A stretch of 64,000 nt of DNA. Source: a virus. Taxonomy: Duplodnaviria > Caudoviricetes. The translations under genes were made by a program, and so were the position numbers. The notes under the pieces were generated by a model, which was given only the letters and a program-made list of their open reading frames with translations, ran no database searches and was not told where the DNA came from. Shown one piece after another: positions 1-10,275 of this stretch. The stretch covers positions 1 through 64,000 of the IMG/VR virus record IMGVR_UViG_3300010351_000784. One strand, written 5' to 3'. Every line of letters begins with the position of its first letter. Position 1 is the first letter of the stretch.

Positions 1-242
1 TCTACCATTTTCCGCCCAAATTTTTTTAATACTTAACTACAAACTCCTCAACCATCTGGTTTCTCATGTCGTCCCAGTCATAACGAATGGTAAGAATACC
101 CTTCACAAGCTCCATGAACTCTACTGCCTTTACCTCGTCCAGAAAAATTCTCATAAACATAAGCATTCTCCTTTCAGATTAAGAAGTCTTTCCTTAACTT
201 TCTATAATAATTATATCAAAAATTATCGGAAAAGTCAAGAAG

Positions 243-962
243 TTATTCATTTAGAATTTTTTCAGTTTCCGTCTTGAATCCACAGAAGTCAAAGATTTTT
301 AGCTTGCCGTTTATCCAGCCGCAATTTCCTGCTCTGATATCGTTAATGTCATATTCTTTAAGGAATACTTGAAGATTTTCAAGCTCCTCTTTAGAATAAG
401 CGGCGAGAAAATAGCCCAGCACATCGGGCTTAATTCTGCCAATAAGGTCTTTCAAACCATTATGTCTACAATAGCTATGAAGTCCTTCACGGTTTAGAAC
501 AAACTGCGGCGGAATTTGTTGCTGACCGTAAACGCTATGGTATTGATAACCAATAGGCATAACTTTATCATGTTCGATGTATTCCTCCACCGAAAGGTCA
601 ATTTTTTCTTGTCTATATACGGCAGGAGCAACCTCTTCTGTTTCTGCAAAGAAATCACTAATATCAAGGTCTTTCGCCGCCTGATATAGTTGGAATTCCA
701 TCTTTGCATAATCTGCAAAATCATCTGTCATTTCATCATCGCACGTTTCTTCGTTATACCACGATGTGCCGCTGTAAGAAGTTTTGAGGACGCAATCCTC
801 TAAAATTATTACAACTTTACTGGCACCGGTACGCCATTCAAAGTCAGAATCATCAAGAATCCCTTCTTCATAAACAGTACCGCTGTCTTCATCATAATGA
901 AAGACTCCTGATAAAATATCAACTGCTTCATCGTAATCTGTTTTGTATAAAGTATTCGTCAT
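243..962 (-). CDS. Protein kinase-like (APH/Ser-Thr kinase fold) protein
   Basis: GASKVV Gly-loop, VLKT lysine, DIRAGNCG catalytic loop, KIFDFCG (DFG-like); promoter and RBS upstream. Confidence 0.6.
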   Translation of the reverse strand: MTNTLYKTDYDEAVDILSGVFHYDEDSGTVYEEGILDDSDFEWRTGASKVVIILEDCVLKTSYSGTSWYNEETCDDEMTDDFADYAKMEFQLYQAAKDLDISDFFAETEEVAPAVYRQEKIDLSVEEYIEHDKVMPIGYQYHSVYGQQQIPPQFVLNREGLHSYCRHNGLKDLIGRIKPDVLGYFLAAYSKEELENLQVFLKEYDINDIRAGNCGWINGKLKIFDFCGFKTETEKILNE

Positions 963-1024
963 AGGAACTCCTCTCTCAAAACTCTATAATAATTATAGCA
1001 CAAATTATTTTTCAAGTCAAATGT

Positions 1025-1855
1025 TTAAGAGAGGAGTTCTGCCTTAAATACCTTCTTGAGAACATCAATCTTAAGTGCGTCAAGTTCAGCGTAAGTAGCC
1101 TCGTCAACCTTAAGGTCAGGATGAGCTGCGAGGAAGGCAACCTTCTTATCGTACATCTCCTTAACCTTTGCATCACCGAGTCTCTTAGCCTCTTCAACAC
1201 TGAGCTGAGGATTGTAAAGCTTCATATCCATAAGAACCTTAAACTCGTCAGGATTTGGAACAAGCAGACCCTTGTAGTCCTCACCAGCCATGTACTTGTC
1301 CATCATAAAGGCAAGTCTGTATATGTGAGAAAGCTGCTTTGAATCATAGCCACGCTCCTGAAGCAGAGCTACCTTTTCCCACCAAGAGATACCTTCCTTA
1401 CCCTCGTATGGGTGGCAGAGGGCATAAACCTTCTCCATTGCCATACCACACATTGCGTCAAGATGACGCTTCACATCTGCGTGTGCAACACGAGGTGCAA
1501 GTGTACGAACAGCCTCCCACTCTTCTCTATAAAGCGGATTTACCCAGTAGAAGTCAGTAAAGAGAGTCTCAAGGAACTGGCAGTTCTGCTTCTTGTACTC
1601 GTTAAACATCAGACGAACGTCCTTGACATCGACCTGACCATCGCCGTATACATATACCTTCGATACAGGCTTGGCAACACTTACGACTTCAACTTCAAAA
1701 GTCGGGAATACCAGTGCCTTGAAATCGTAGTCAGAATTCGGCGTATCCATCTTGTAGTTCTGAGAGCCGTAAAGGTTTACAGCCCATACATTATAACCAA
1801 GGTTCTCAACGAACGCAAATGCGTCGCTGAGTACCTTTTCCATCTTTGCGTCCAT
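1025..1855 (-). CDS. Pol-beta superfamily nucleotidyltransferase (RlaP-like)
   Basis: LYGSQNY...SDYDFK (GS..DxD motif). Confidence 0.75.
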   Translation of the reverse strand: MDAKMEKVLSDAFAFVENLGYNVWAVNLYGSQNYKMDTPNSDYDFKALVFPTFEVEVVSVAKPVSKVYVYGDGQVDVKDVRLMFNEYKKQNCQFLETLFTDFYWVNPLYREEWEAVRTLAPRVAHADVKRHLDAMCGMAMEKVYALCHPYEGKEGISWWEKVALLQERGYDSKQLSHIYRLAFMMDKYMAGEDYKGLLVPNPDEFKVLMDMKLYNPQLSVEEAKRLGDAKVKEMYDKKVAFLAAHPDLKVDEATYAELDALKIDVLKKVFKAELLS

Positions 1856-1876
1856 ATTTATCTCCTTTCTGAGAGA

Positions 1877-2206
1877 TTAAAGTTCTCCCATAGGTTTACC
1901 TGTTTCTGCGAATACCCTCTTTGCTTCATAGAAATCCCAAGCAGGAGTAAACTTCTTTGTGCCACAATGGTCCTGATAGTTCTTAATGACGAACTTGACA
2001 GTTGCAGCCATATCACAAGGACAGCCGTCATTATCATTTACATCACCAAACACAAAACCTACTGTGTTCTTGTCAACCAGACCGACATTCTCTTCTCCGA
2101 AACGTTCATTAAGAAATTCAAGGAAGAGTGTGGTTAGGTCATCACGAGCAACATTCTTTGCCTGAGTTTCATTTTTAGCACCTGTGTAATCGAACTTTTC
2201 TCCCAT
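1877..2206 (-). CDS. Hypothetical protein
   Basis: ORF with AGGAG RBS, phage-like codon usage. Confidence 0.7.
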   Translation of the reverse strand: MGEKFDYTGAKNETQAKNVARDDLTTLFLEFLNERFGEENVGLVDKNTVGFVFGDVNDNDGCPCDMAATVKFVIKNYQDHCGTKKFTPAWDFYEAKRVFAETGKPMGEL

Positions 2207-2635
2207 AATAAAACTCCTTTCAAGATTCAGAATCTTTGTTAGCCTCTTTCTTTACTTTGTCTATGTCGATATCGTCCCAGAAGAAACAATAATCGTCACA
2301 CTGTCCCCAGTCGAAACCGTCCATTCAATCATTCCTTTCTCTCAACTTTCTATAATAATTATATCATAAATTTTGAAATTTGTCAAGATTTTTTGTCTTT
2401 AAAATTTTTTCTTGACTTGTTAGAACATTTATGATATAATTATTACAGAAAGGGGTTAATAATTTCCCCTCTCGTAATAATCTACTTTTCTTTCATACTT
2501 ATATTTCTCTGCCTCCATCTTATACTTCGCCGCCAGAGCTGTACACACATATTTAACTATGAGTACAATTCCACCTACGACTGTAGCGAAGTAGAGGAAT
2601 GACATCCATATATGCTCCTGTTCCATATATCCTCC

Positions 2636-2893
2636 TTAATAGAGTGGACCTCCAAACATCGCGGCGCAGTATAAACTCAAATCGCCGCAGTCAACCTTAT
2701 AGTCGTTTGGGTTATAGTAAGTCTCTGTTGTCACTACTGTTGTCATGGAAGAATGTTCATTCGGGTCTCCTATCCCGTAATCAAAATCAACACCGCCTGT
2801 TTTCTTTTTCTTAAACTTAGACTGGTCTACTGCTTGAATGTTTTTCTTCGGCGCATTGAGGTCGAGATAGGCAGAGAAATCTACTGCCATCAC
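2636..2893 (-). CDS. Hypothetical protein
   Basis: ORF overlapping upstream stop, RBS. Confidence 0.55.
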   Translation of the reverse strand: MMAVDFSAYLDLNAPKKNIQAVDQSKFKKKKTGGVDFDYGIGDPNEHSSMTTVVTTETYYNPNDYKVDCGDLSLYCAAMFGGPLY

Positions 2894-3129
2894 TCGTCCT
2901 CCTTGTCTTCTGTCGTTAGACCCAGTAAGTCCATTGACATTTTAGTTTCTTTGAGCTGCGCATAGAAAATGTATGCTATAAGTACGCCGCCCCATGAGAA
3001 GTCCCAAAATCCAGCAAGATAGCCGAGGGAAACGACACAGAAGGGGACGCCGAATGCTATGATAAATTTGAGGATTGATGCAAAGAATAATAGCATGAAA
3101 TACGTTACCTTATCTACTTTCATAATCAA
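2890..3129 (-). CDS. Small membrane protein
   Basis: Two hydrophobic segments, coupled to ligase stop. Confidence 0.6.
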   Translation of the reverse strand: MIMKVDKVTYFMLLFFASILKFIIAFGVPFCVVSLGYLAGFWDFSWGGVLIAYIFYAQLKETKMSMDLLGLTTEDKEDE

Positions 3130-4226
3130 CCCTCCTTTAACTCAATCTTGAACAGAGAGATGAACTTCTTTGTCTCCAAAGAATCTACAGTGTTGGCAAG
3201 CTTACCATCGTACTCCGCGAAGTACAGGGGTCCCTTCTTACCAAGGTCCTGTGCGAACCACTTACGAGCCATTCTTGCGTCCTGCTCGTAAACATCCTTG
3301 TTGCTGTTCTTCCACTCTGCTACGTCCTGACGAACCTTCTCTAATACTACCTCAGAATGGTCAATCTGTCTCTTGACGTCGTCAAAAATAGGTTGATATT
3401 CCCGAAAATAGGATAGAAATTCATAATAGTCATTTGCACGAATTAAGTCTACAATACGCTCCAGAGTGATAACACCATTGTTTTTTGCACGGTGCATCTC
3501 GAAGTAAAGTAAAGTCTTAATCTTAACACGCTCACCATTCTCGTCACGAACAACGATACCCTCATGACCCTCTGGCATTTGCTCAACAAGGCGGCGGAAA
3601 CCAGCCTCATCGTTCATGTAGTAGAACTGTGGCTTAGGAATGCCTATTTCAGTATCTATTTCTTGTAAAGTAGACATATTTCTTGTCATTAAATGGAATA
3701 AACATGGTGTATTATATTCTATAACTATTCTATTAAAATTAGAACATCCTTCTAAACAATAAACATAGTTTTTGTTTAATCTCTCATAAGAGAAATTTGG
3801 ATAAAAAGATATTAAATAGTCAAATAATTCTTTAAAATTAGCAAATTTAATATTATCCATAGGCGCTTCTTCTGCGTCAAAGGTTGAACGAGTTTTTACG
3901 TGCCATTTATTATTGTACCAATAAAGGAAGAACAAAGTTCCATCTTCTTTGGATGTAGCCACAGCAGTATCCCAATCAATTTTTGCGGCATAAGCCTCAT
4001 CTATATTATAGAAACGCTTAAAACCTACGCATATTGGTTTAAAAGTCTCAACTTCAATAATTGTGCCGCGAGCCTCTTTTACTATCTCATTTGAAGGGTC
4101 AGATTCTATTTGAGAATAATTAAATAAGATTAAGTTGTCTTTTCTTTTTATCTTGAGCGAATAGGGTGGATTAGATAGCAATTCTTCCCAATTAGAATGA
4201 TTTTTCAAAAAATTTATTATTTTCAT
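3126..4226 (-). CDS. T4 Rnl1-like RNA ligase
   Basis: EARG, F(K)RFYN, motif I KEDGT, EGIVV, RVKIK. Confidence 0.85.
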   Translation of the reverse strand: MKIINFLKNHSNWEELLSNPPYSLKIKRKDNLILFNYSQIESDPSNEIVKEARGTIIEVETFKPICVGFKRFYNIDEAYAAKIDWDTAVATSKEDGTLFFLYWYNNKWHVKTRSTFDAEEAPMDNIKFANFKELFDYLISFYPNFSYERLNKNYVYCLEGCSNFNRIVIEYNTPCLFHLMTRNMSTLQEIDTEIGIPKPQFYYMNDEAGFRRLVEQMPEGHEGIVVRDENGERVKIKTLLYFEMHRAKNNGVITLERIVDLIRANDYYEFLSYFREYQPIFDDVKRQIDHSEVVLEKVRQDVAEWKNSNKDVYEQDARMARKWFAQDLGKKGPLYFAEYDGKLANTVDSLETKKFISLFKIELKEG

Positions 4227-5127
4227 ATAAAAACTCCTTTCTAATTACTTCATCTAAAGTAATTGTCTTTTTATTATAATAATCTATTTCAACTAATGGT
4301 ATATTATGTTTCTAACAATATTCTCTTTTTTTTGAATCTCTTTCTTTCTGTGAAAGAAATGCCATTTCTCCTCCGAAAAAGTTAACTGGCTAATAATGCT
4401 ATTTTCCTTGACATTCTATAAGATAAGTTAATTTATCATTAGAATTAAATACAGCAAAATCAAAGCGTAAGGGGCATCCATTTTCAGATAATAAATCAGA
4501 AAAAACAAACTCTTTTTCATATTGAATATTATTCTCTTTTAATATATTTTCTATCTATACTGAGCCATAAGACTAAGAAAGACAACCACAGGAGTGCGTA
4601 TCGCCAGTATTCAATTCTCTTGTTTTTACAATTACTTCATTGCCGCAATCGCAAAGACAAAGCCAAGCTGTTCTTAAAATTCCAGATTGTTCTCTAATTG
4701 AATCAACCTATTCTTTTGCGACGAGTCTTCCAAAACGTTTATCCTTTATATTATTACCAATGGCAGCCCTCACTTGTTCATTTCTAAAACATCCGCAAGA
4801 CTTCACTCTTCCGTTCTTTAAGTCATAAGCCTAAACAGTAGTAATATTTCCACACTCACATCTGCATATCCAATATGCATTTCCCCCCACTCTTGTCTAA
4901 TTTTTTTCAATAACGGTTAATCTATTAAAAGTTTGTGCAGTTAAATCCTCTAAATTATAAGCCATTCTTTTTGGAAAAATAAAATTAGGATATTTTGCTC
5001 TTATTGCTTTTATTGCTGAATCTGTTTTTCCAGCATAGCCCATTTTAATACAAAAATCCTTTTGATTATGAGTTTGATTGGCAAACTCCTAAAGTTCTTC
5101 TTCTGTAAAAGACTCCCATTTTTGCAT
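4192..5127 (-). CDS. Free-standing homing endonuclease (two CxCG...SCGC repeats + PD-(D/E)xK/DUF2726-like nuclease), read with TAG=Gln
   Basis: 312 codons open with TAG=Gln: WICRCECG..SCGC, WLCLCDCG..SCGC, LRFDFAV..IECQGKQHY..KREYC..NIPLVEI. Confidence 0.8.
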
Positions 5128-5186
5128 TTACATCACCTCTATTTATAAAGTAAAAAATGTATGCAAACGGTCCAGAAAATTAAGAC

Positions 5187-5240
5187 TTAAAGCTCACGCC
5201 AGTTATCATGTGCAAGAATGAACTCCTGAATCTTTAACAT
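5187..5240 (-). pseudogene. Orphan original N-terminus of the RNA ligase (MLKIQEFILAHDNWREL*)
   Basis: Aligns with MKIINFLKNHSNWEEL at the start of 3126..4226. Confidence 0.7.
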
Positions 5241-5457
5241 TTTCTACTTCCCTTCTGACTATATTATAAGCCTGCTCTCTTGTTATATAAAAAGGACAAG
5301 CCTTATCTGAAAACTCACATGGCGGTCCTTTCTGCCAATAGTCTTTGTCTTTGTATTTATTATATGTACAACTCTCCCAACTTGCTGTCATTTCTCTTTC
5401 ATTTTCACAAAAGTAGCAATCATAGTGAATACTCATTACTCTTCTTCCACCGTCCAA
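5206..5457 (-). CDS. Small Cys-rich hypothetical protein
   Basis: CxxC..C..C..C pattern. Confidence 0.5.
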   Translation of the reverse strand: MDGGRRVMSIHYDCYFCENEREMTASWESCTYNKYKDKDYWQKGPPCEFSDKACPFYITREQAYNIVRREVENVKDSGVHSCT

Positions 5458-5697
5458 TCACTAAGTTTCTTTTTTTACACTTTCGATGTCATTGGCTTTG
5501 CGGTAAGCATCATAAAGCAGCTTTAAATTGTTGTCCTCTATTTCAGAAACATAAATAGGCTTTCCGCAGTCGGCGCAGTATGCTTCCAAGCCAATAAACG
5601 AATATTCGTTATCCTTCAGAGTTCTCTTAAACACCGTTTCCTTTGTAACAAAACCAACGTCTTTTCTGCATTCAGCACAAAATACTGTTTTATTCAT
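5458..5697 (-). CDS. Stand-alone YgiT/MqsA-type zinc-finger (antitoxin N-domain-like)
   Basis: FCAEC...YCADCGKPIY..EIEDNNLKLLYDAYR; TAG then TGA at end; own promoter. Confidence 0.6.
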
Positions 5698-5917
5698 AAC
5701 AATGCTCCTTTCCTCAACTTTCTATAATAATTATAACAAAAATTATAAAAAATGTAAAGCCCTTTTGGACTTTAAATTTTTTTATTTAAAAATAGAATAT
5801 GATAATTCAAAGATATACATTTCACCGTTAATACGGAAACCACGAAACTCTTCCTGTCCAGCAATCTCTTCAGGAACTTTCCATACACATATAACTACTT
5901 CGATAGGAATATTCAAA

Positions 5918-6211
5918 TTACGCAATTCCTCCTATGACTTCTTTCCACTTAGCGTTAAGTAAGTTGCAGACTTTCTGACAAGCCGCCTTGTCCTTGAAGT
6001 ATCCATAACAGTATCCTTCCTTGCCTTTCAAGGTTGCACCCTGAGACCGAAGGAAACAAAGATAATCGGGATAAGATAGTCCAAGCAGGCGAGAGTCGAG
6101 AACTTGGAAGGAACCACTGAAGATTACTTTATTGTCACGGATGAAATCAATATCATCCATTGCTGCCATCCAGTGACCCTCTTGACAGAGTTCTCTTGGG
6201 AAATATTTCAT
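5918..6211 (-). CDS. Hypothetical protein
   Basis: ORF with RBS. Confidence 0.6.
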   Translation of the reverse strand: MKYFPRELCQEGHWMAAMDDIDFIRDNKVIFSGSFQVLDSRLLGLSYPDYLCFLRSQGATLKGKEGYCYGYFKDKAACQKVCNLLNAKWKEVIGGIA

Positions 6212-6501
6212 ACCAAAACCTCCTTCTGAATTTCCTTCATCTCATTCCATTCCTCTTCAGAAAGCATACAGCTATCCATGAGCTCCTGATAAGAAGTGTA
6301 CCGCTTAGGACCTGTGATTTTACTCATATCAAAAGGCGGCGGAGCAACACGTTCTTGCTGACTAATATAATTTGGTATAAGATAACGAGTTACACTCGCA
6401 GGACTAATCCCCATTATTTCTGCAACTTGTTTTTTTATACCTAGTTGTAAGTATAGCTCATTTATCATTATTTTTTGGTCTTCAGTTATTCTCTTTCTCA
6501 A
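6208..6501 (-). CDS. HTH DNA-binding protein
   Basis: KKQVAEIMGISPASVTRYL helix-turn-helix. Confidence 0.7.
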   Translation of the reverse strand: MRKRITEDQKIMINELYLQLGIKKQVAEIMGISPASVTRYLIPNYISQQERVAPPPFDMSKITGPKRYTSYQELMDSCMLSEEEWNEMKEIQKEVLV

Positions 6502-6640
6502 GAAGGTCTACCACCTTTCTTAAAAATTTGTCTTTATCAAGATAAATAACTTCTTTATAAGATAATTCTAATAATGGAATATTGTGTTGCTAACAATATT
6601 CTTTTTTCATAGCATCATATTTTTGTCTTTTTATAAACTC
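6480..6640 (-). pseudogene. C-terminal remnant of DUF2726-like homing endonuclease
   Basis: KYDAMKKEYCQQHNIPLLELSY matches the tail of 4192..5127. Confidence 0.6.
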
Positions 6641-6757
6641 TTCGCCGCACTGGCAACATTTTACAAGTTCATTACGAACGATAAATTCTCCATAAGGAGC
6701 TGTAATTATTTTTTTCAACAGAAGGAGATGTGTTTACCCAATTTTTATTTTCTAAGC

Positions 6758-7087
6758 TCATAAGATTTTCAACTCCTTCCTAATTTTCTCTTTGAAGTTC
6801 ATTACATATTGTGTGTAGATTGGGTCAAGTCTTCTGTCCTCAATCTTCTCCTTATTGTCCTCACACCAAGCGGCACACTCCTTACGAGTATCACCAACAC
6901 AGATACGAGCACCCGAAGCGATATCAGTTGCGACCCATCTCTTGCCATCTGAGGTACGATGGAACCCAATAGCACCGTCTTCAGAAAGCCAACCAGATAC
7001 ATATTCGATTGTATTTTCTGCCACATCAATCATCTGTAATGCGATTGTAGCCTTACGAAATCCCATTTCCTTTACCTCTTTTCTCAT
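6758..7087 (-). CDS. Hypothetical protein
   Basis: ORF behind sigmaA-type promoter. Confidence 0.65.
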   Translation of the reverse strand: MRKEVKEMGFRKATIALQMIDVAENTIEYVSGWLSEDGAIGFHRTSDGKRWVATDIASGARICVGDTRKECAAWCEDNKEKIEDRRLDPIYTQYVMNFKEKIRKELKIL

Positions 7088-7163
7088 TTTCTATATATAT
7101 TATACCAAAAATTTTAGAAAAAGTAAAGGAAAAGGGGAGCAAAAATTTTTACTCCCCTTTGTT

Positions 7164-7457
7164 TTATCTCTTATCTTTTAAGGTATAACCATTCGCAGAG
7201 AAGCGAACTTTTGTGCCGTCCTTGAGAATAATTTCATATGCGTCTTCTTCATATACTCCGGGATGGGAAATAACTGAAGTAACCTCATCTGTGTTATAGT
7301 CCTCGCCGTTAATTGAAATGGTTTCATATGACGAGATTTCAATCATGAAATCTTTCTCATTATCGTTGGCTTTCCATTTAAGAGCGCCGACAAGTAAACC
7401 AACGGCAATCCAGAAAATAATAAAAACAGCAATAAATCCCTTTGCATCTTCGCTCAT
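7164..7457 (-). CDS. Membrane-anchored hypothetical protein
   Basis: N-terminal TM helix. Confidence 0.6.
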   Translation of the reverse strand: MSEDAKGFIAVFIIFWIAVGLLVGALKWKANDNEKDFMIEISSYETISINGEDYNTDEVTSVISHPGVYEEDAYEIILKDGTKVRFSANGYTLKDKR

Positions 7458-7506
7458 TAATCATCACTCCTTAACTCAACTCTGCCATACTTTGATTTCT
7501 CAACTT

Positions 7507-7947
7507 TTACATAGGCAGGATATCCTTCACCTGTCCAAATTCGCCGTGATTAAATCTCTCCGCAACTTCGCCGCGGCAATCGCTCTGGAGTCCCCAAGCG
7601 AAGCCGAATTCGTAAGATTCAAGGTCCTTATAGGTTGCACCAAGTTCGTACTCAATGCAGTCTCCAACCCACTTAATGAACTTCTCTCCCTCATCTGTCT
7701 GAGTAATATTTGAAAAGTCAATACGAAGTACAGACACATCTGCAATGTGACACATTCTAAGAAAACTGATAACAGTCTCCGGAGTGTCGCCGTCAAATAA
7801 TACCAAACCAGCGAAATATTCTCCTGCTTTTACAAGAGGAACGTTGCTGTTTGCATCGTGCTGATTGTGAATATATCCTACATAGTCCATAATGCAGAAA
7901 GTATCTAAGCCCCATCCTTTAAGTGTATCAAAATTAAAATTAGCCAT
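7507..7947 (-). CDS. Hypothetical protein
   Basis: ORF from MANFNF with GGAGG RBS. Confidence 0.6.
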   Translation of the reverse strand: MANFNFDTLKGWGLDTFCIMDYVGYIHNQHDANSNVPLVKAGEYFAGLVLFDGDTPETVISFLRMCHIADVSVLRIDFSNITQTDEGEKFIKWVGDCIEYELGATYKDLESYEFGFAWGLQSDCRGEVAERFNHGEFGQVKDILPM

Positions 7948-8294
7948 TAGTAAACCTCCCAATATTTCTCCACTGCATTCTTCATGTTCTGAACGCCAAC
8001 AGGGTTCATAGAATGGAAGTGGAATTTGAAAACGACATTCTCATCGTGAAAATTCTCAACAAGCCAATCAACCAACTTAATAGCGTCGCCGCCCTGAGAC
8101 GCATAATCACCAAGGTCATGGTCAAGGTCAAACCAAATCTCGTTGATGCCATTCGTAACAGCCTGAAGCACAAAATATTTTGCGCCATTGACGTGCTTAG
8201 TAACGTAGTAGTACTTAAACTGCTTGGTGATGCTTGGAATGTCTGCTTCACGAATATCATCGAGAAAAAGATAAAGTGCGTGACGCTTCTCCAT
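7947..8294 (-). CDS. Cyclic-phosphate-processing receiver-domain protein
   Basis: LFLDDIR...DLDHDLG...HSMNPVG..NM signature. Confidence 0.75.
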   Translation of the reverse strand: MEKRHALYLFLDDIREADIPSITKQFKYYYVTKHVNGAKYFVLQAVTNGINEIWFDLDHDLGDYASQGGDAIKLVDWLVENFHDENVVFKFHFHSMNPVGVQNMKNAVEKYWEVY

Positions 8295-8594
8295 TAGTTA
8301 ATCCTCCTCTTTTTCCTCTGGCGGTCTTTCATCAAGAACAAAGGTTGCCTACCCCTTATCAGTTGCATAGAACTCACGGAGATTGAACCATCTATCCTCA
8401 ATTATATTACCGATTTCGTCGATGGTACTGCCCCACCCATTGGTCTTAACACGAATAATTAGTTGCCATTTTAACATCACTCCTTAAAGTAAATTTAATT
8501 TATATAAAATAGCTTAGGCTCGCTATTTTTACTATAATAATTATGGCAAAAATTATAAAAAAGTCAAGACATTTTGAGCCTTGACTTTTTGCTT

Positions 8595-8909
8595 TTATTC
8601 GGATTCCTTATCAGTATCGGAGGTATCTTCAGGCTGAGGTATGTCTAACCACTGGTCAACTAAGAAATGACCAATAGCAACAACCTTTGCCTTGTCGTCT
8701 TCCTCTTCGATGCAAAGTTTTACGGGTGCGCCAACGAGCTGCTCCCAAGCAGATTTACCTGCAATCGCAATCATCTTCACGATATTCTCTATTGTAGGAG
8801 CAAGTAAAAATGCACATGATGCTTCTTTACCCTTATATGCAAGGGTACAACCAATCTGAATTCCTTCTGCCGTTAAAATAGTCTGCTGAATAATTGCATT
8901 AAGTTCCAT
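8595..8909 (-). CDS. Hypothetical protein
   Basis: MELNAII start after GGAGG RBS. Confidence 0.55.
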   Translation of the reverse strand: MELNAIIQQTILTAEGIQIGCTLAYKGKEASCAFLLAPTIENIVKMIAIAGKSAWEQLVGAPVKLCIEEEDDKAKVVAIGHFLVDQWLDIPQPEDTSDTDKESE

Positions 8910-8973
8910 TGTTCTTACCTCCATTGGTATATGTGTTTGCAATTTCGCCGTTGTCCAAAGCCTGAATGTCGAT

Positions 8974-9670
8974 TCATGCGTCTTCATAGTCAGCCGCAAT
9001 CATAATGATATCGTCATATACAATTCTTTGTTTTGTATTAACGATTTTATCACAGTGATAATGTCCACAATATGCGTAGTCATAATCTGCCGTATTAAGA
9101 ACAAGGTCAAGCATAAGGTCTGAACTTGTAGGTGAGAAGCCAAGCATCTTACAAACCTCTGTGCCGCCAGTATGAGTGAAGACAAAATCAACCTTATCAT
9201 TATGCTGGGCAAGAGTAATAAGAGCCTTGTTTGCATCGTCCTGAGTAATACGCTCCTGTTCCCACCAAGAGATACCTTCCTTACGAAAATCCTTATCATG
9301 AGAATCAGCACCATTTACGACAAGGCACTTTTTGTCGCAAAGATTATAGACCTCTCCACTAATTGCATAATAGATTGAGTCATTAACTTTACGAGCAGGT
9401 GTACCGTGGAAGTCCACGATTGGAAGCTTCTCGATAAGATGATAAGCTTCATGGTTACCAAGTACACAGAATGTAGTCCAAGGCTTCTTATCTAAGAAGT
9501 CTTGCCAATATTTATCAATTGCACTTCCATCCCATACAAAACCCGCATCACCCATAATAACAACTATGTCTTCTTTAGTCATATTATCGGGTTTAAAATG
9601 GCGGCTGTTTAATTTAGCAATATCTATCCCTTGGTGCGTATCGCTAACCAGTCACGAAAAGACGTGACAT
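8974..9670 (-). CDS. Calcineurin-like metallophosphoesterase with a 4-nt insertion (TAGC, 9643-9646) in the GDTH motif
   Basis: VTG|DTH, GDAG, GNHE, FTHT, CGHYH motifs. Confidence 0.75.
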
Positions 9671-9704
9671 ATACATCATCTCCTTTAAGGAATTAAATCC
9701 TATA

Positions 9705-9835
9705 ACGTTATTTTTCCTTTTTTGTATAGGGAATTTCAATCAATGGATAATTATACTTTTTACAAAACTATCTTTTTATTTCATCTCTTTCCTATATAAG
9801 TTCTAAAGGAGACGAATTAGAAAAATACTATGTAA
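9705..9835 (-). pseudogene. C-terminal remnant of DUF2726-like homing endonuclease
   Basis: QERDEIKRQFCKKYNYPLIEIPY (TAG=Gln). Confidence 0.6.
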
Positions 9836-9933
9836 GTAACATCATTCATTCATTCATTCATCTAAAACTTTTCTTTTTCCTCAATTTTCTATAATAATTA
9901 TAACAAAAATTTCAAAAAAAGTCAAGGAGTTAA

Positions 9934-10275
9934 TTACCAAGAAATTTCCCTTAAGCCGCCACTTCTATCATAGAATGAAGTTTCCTTTTCTTCTGCGGGA
10001 GATTCTTTTGTTTCTCTTGCATACATTCCCATAGAGGGGTATAAATCCTCACCCTGAAATGTAATCCAATGCTCTTTTGCATGGAATTCAACGTCATAGC
10101 TTTTGCCGCCAAAGGTATTGAATCTTTGATTTATGAGCATACAATTATCAATGTCCTTAAAATTTAATAGGACTTCATTTCCTTCTTCGTCATGTCCTAT
10201 TATAATAACTTGCTCAATATTTTTAGCCTCAGCCATCACAACCCTCGCAAGTAAATACTTCCATAGACTGACCAT
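9934..10275 (-). CDS. Hypothetical protein
   Basis: ORF; likely start at MAEAK. Confidence 0.5.
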   Translation of the reverse strand: MVSLWKYLLARVVMAEAKNIEQVIIIGHDEEGNEVLLNFKDIDNCMLINQRFNTFGGKSYDVEFHAKEHWITFQGEDLYPSMGMYARETKESPAEEKETSFYDRSGGLREISW

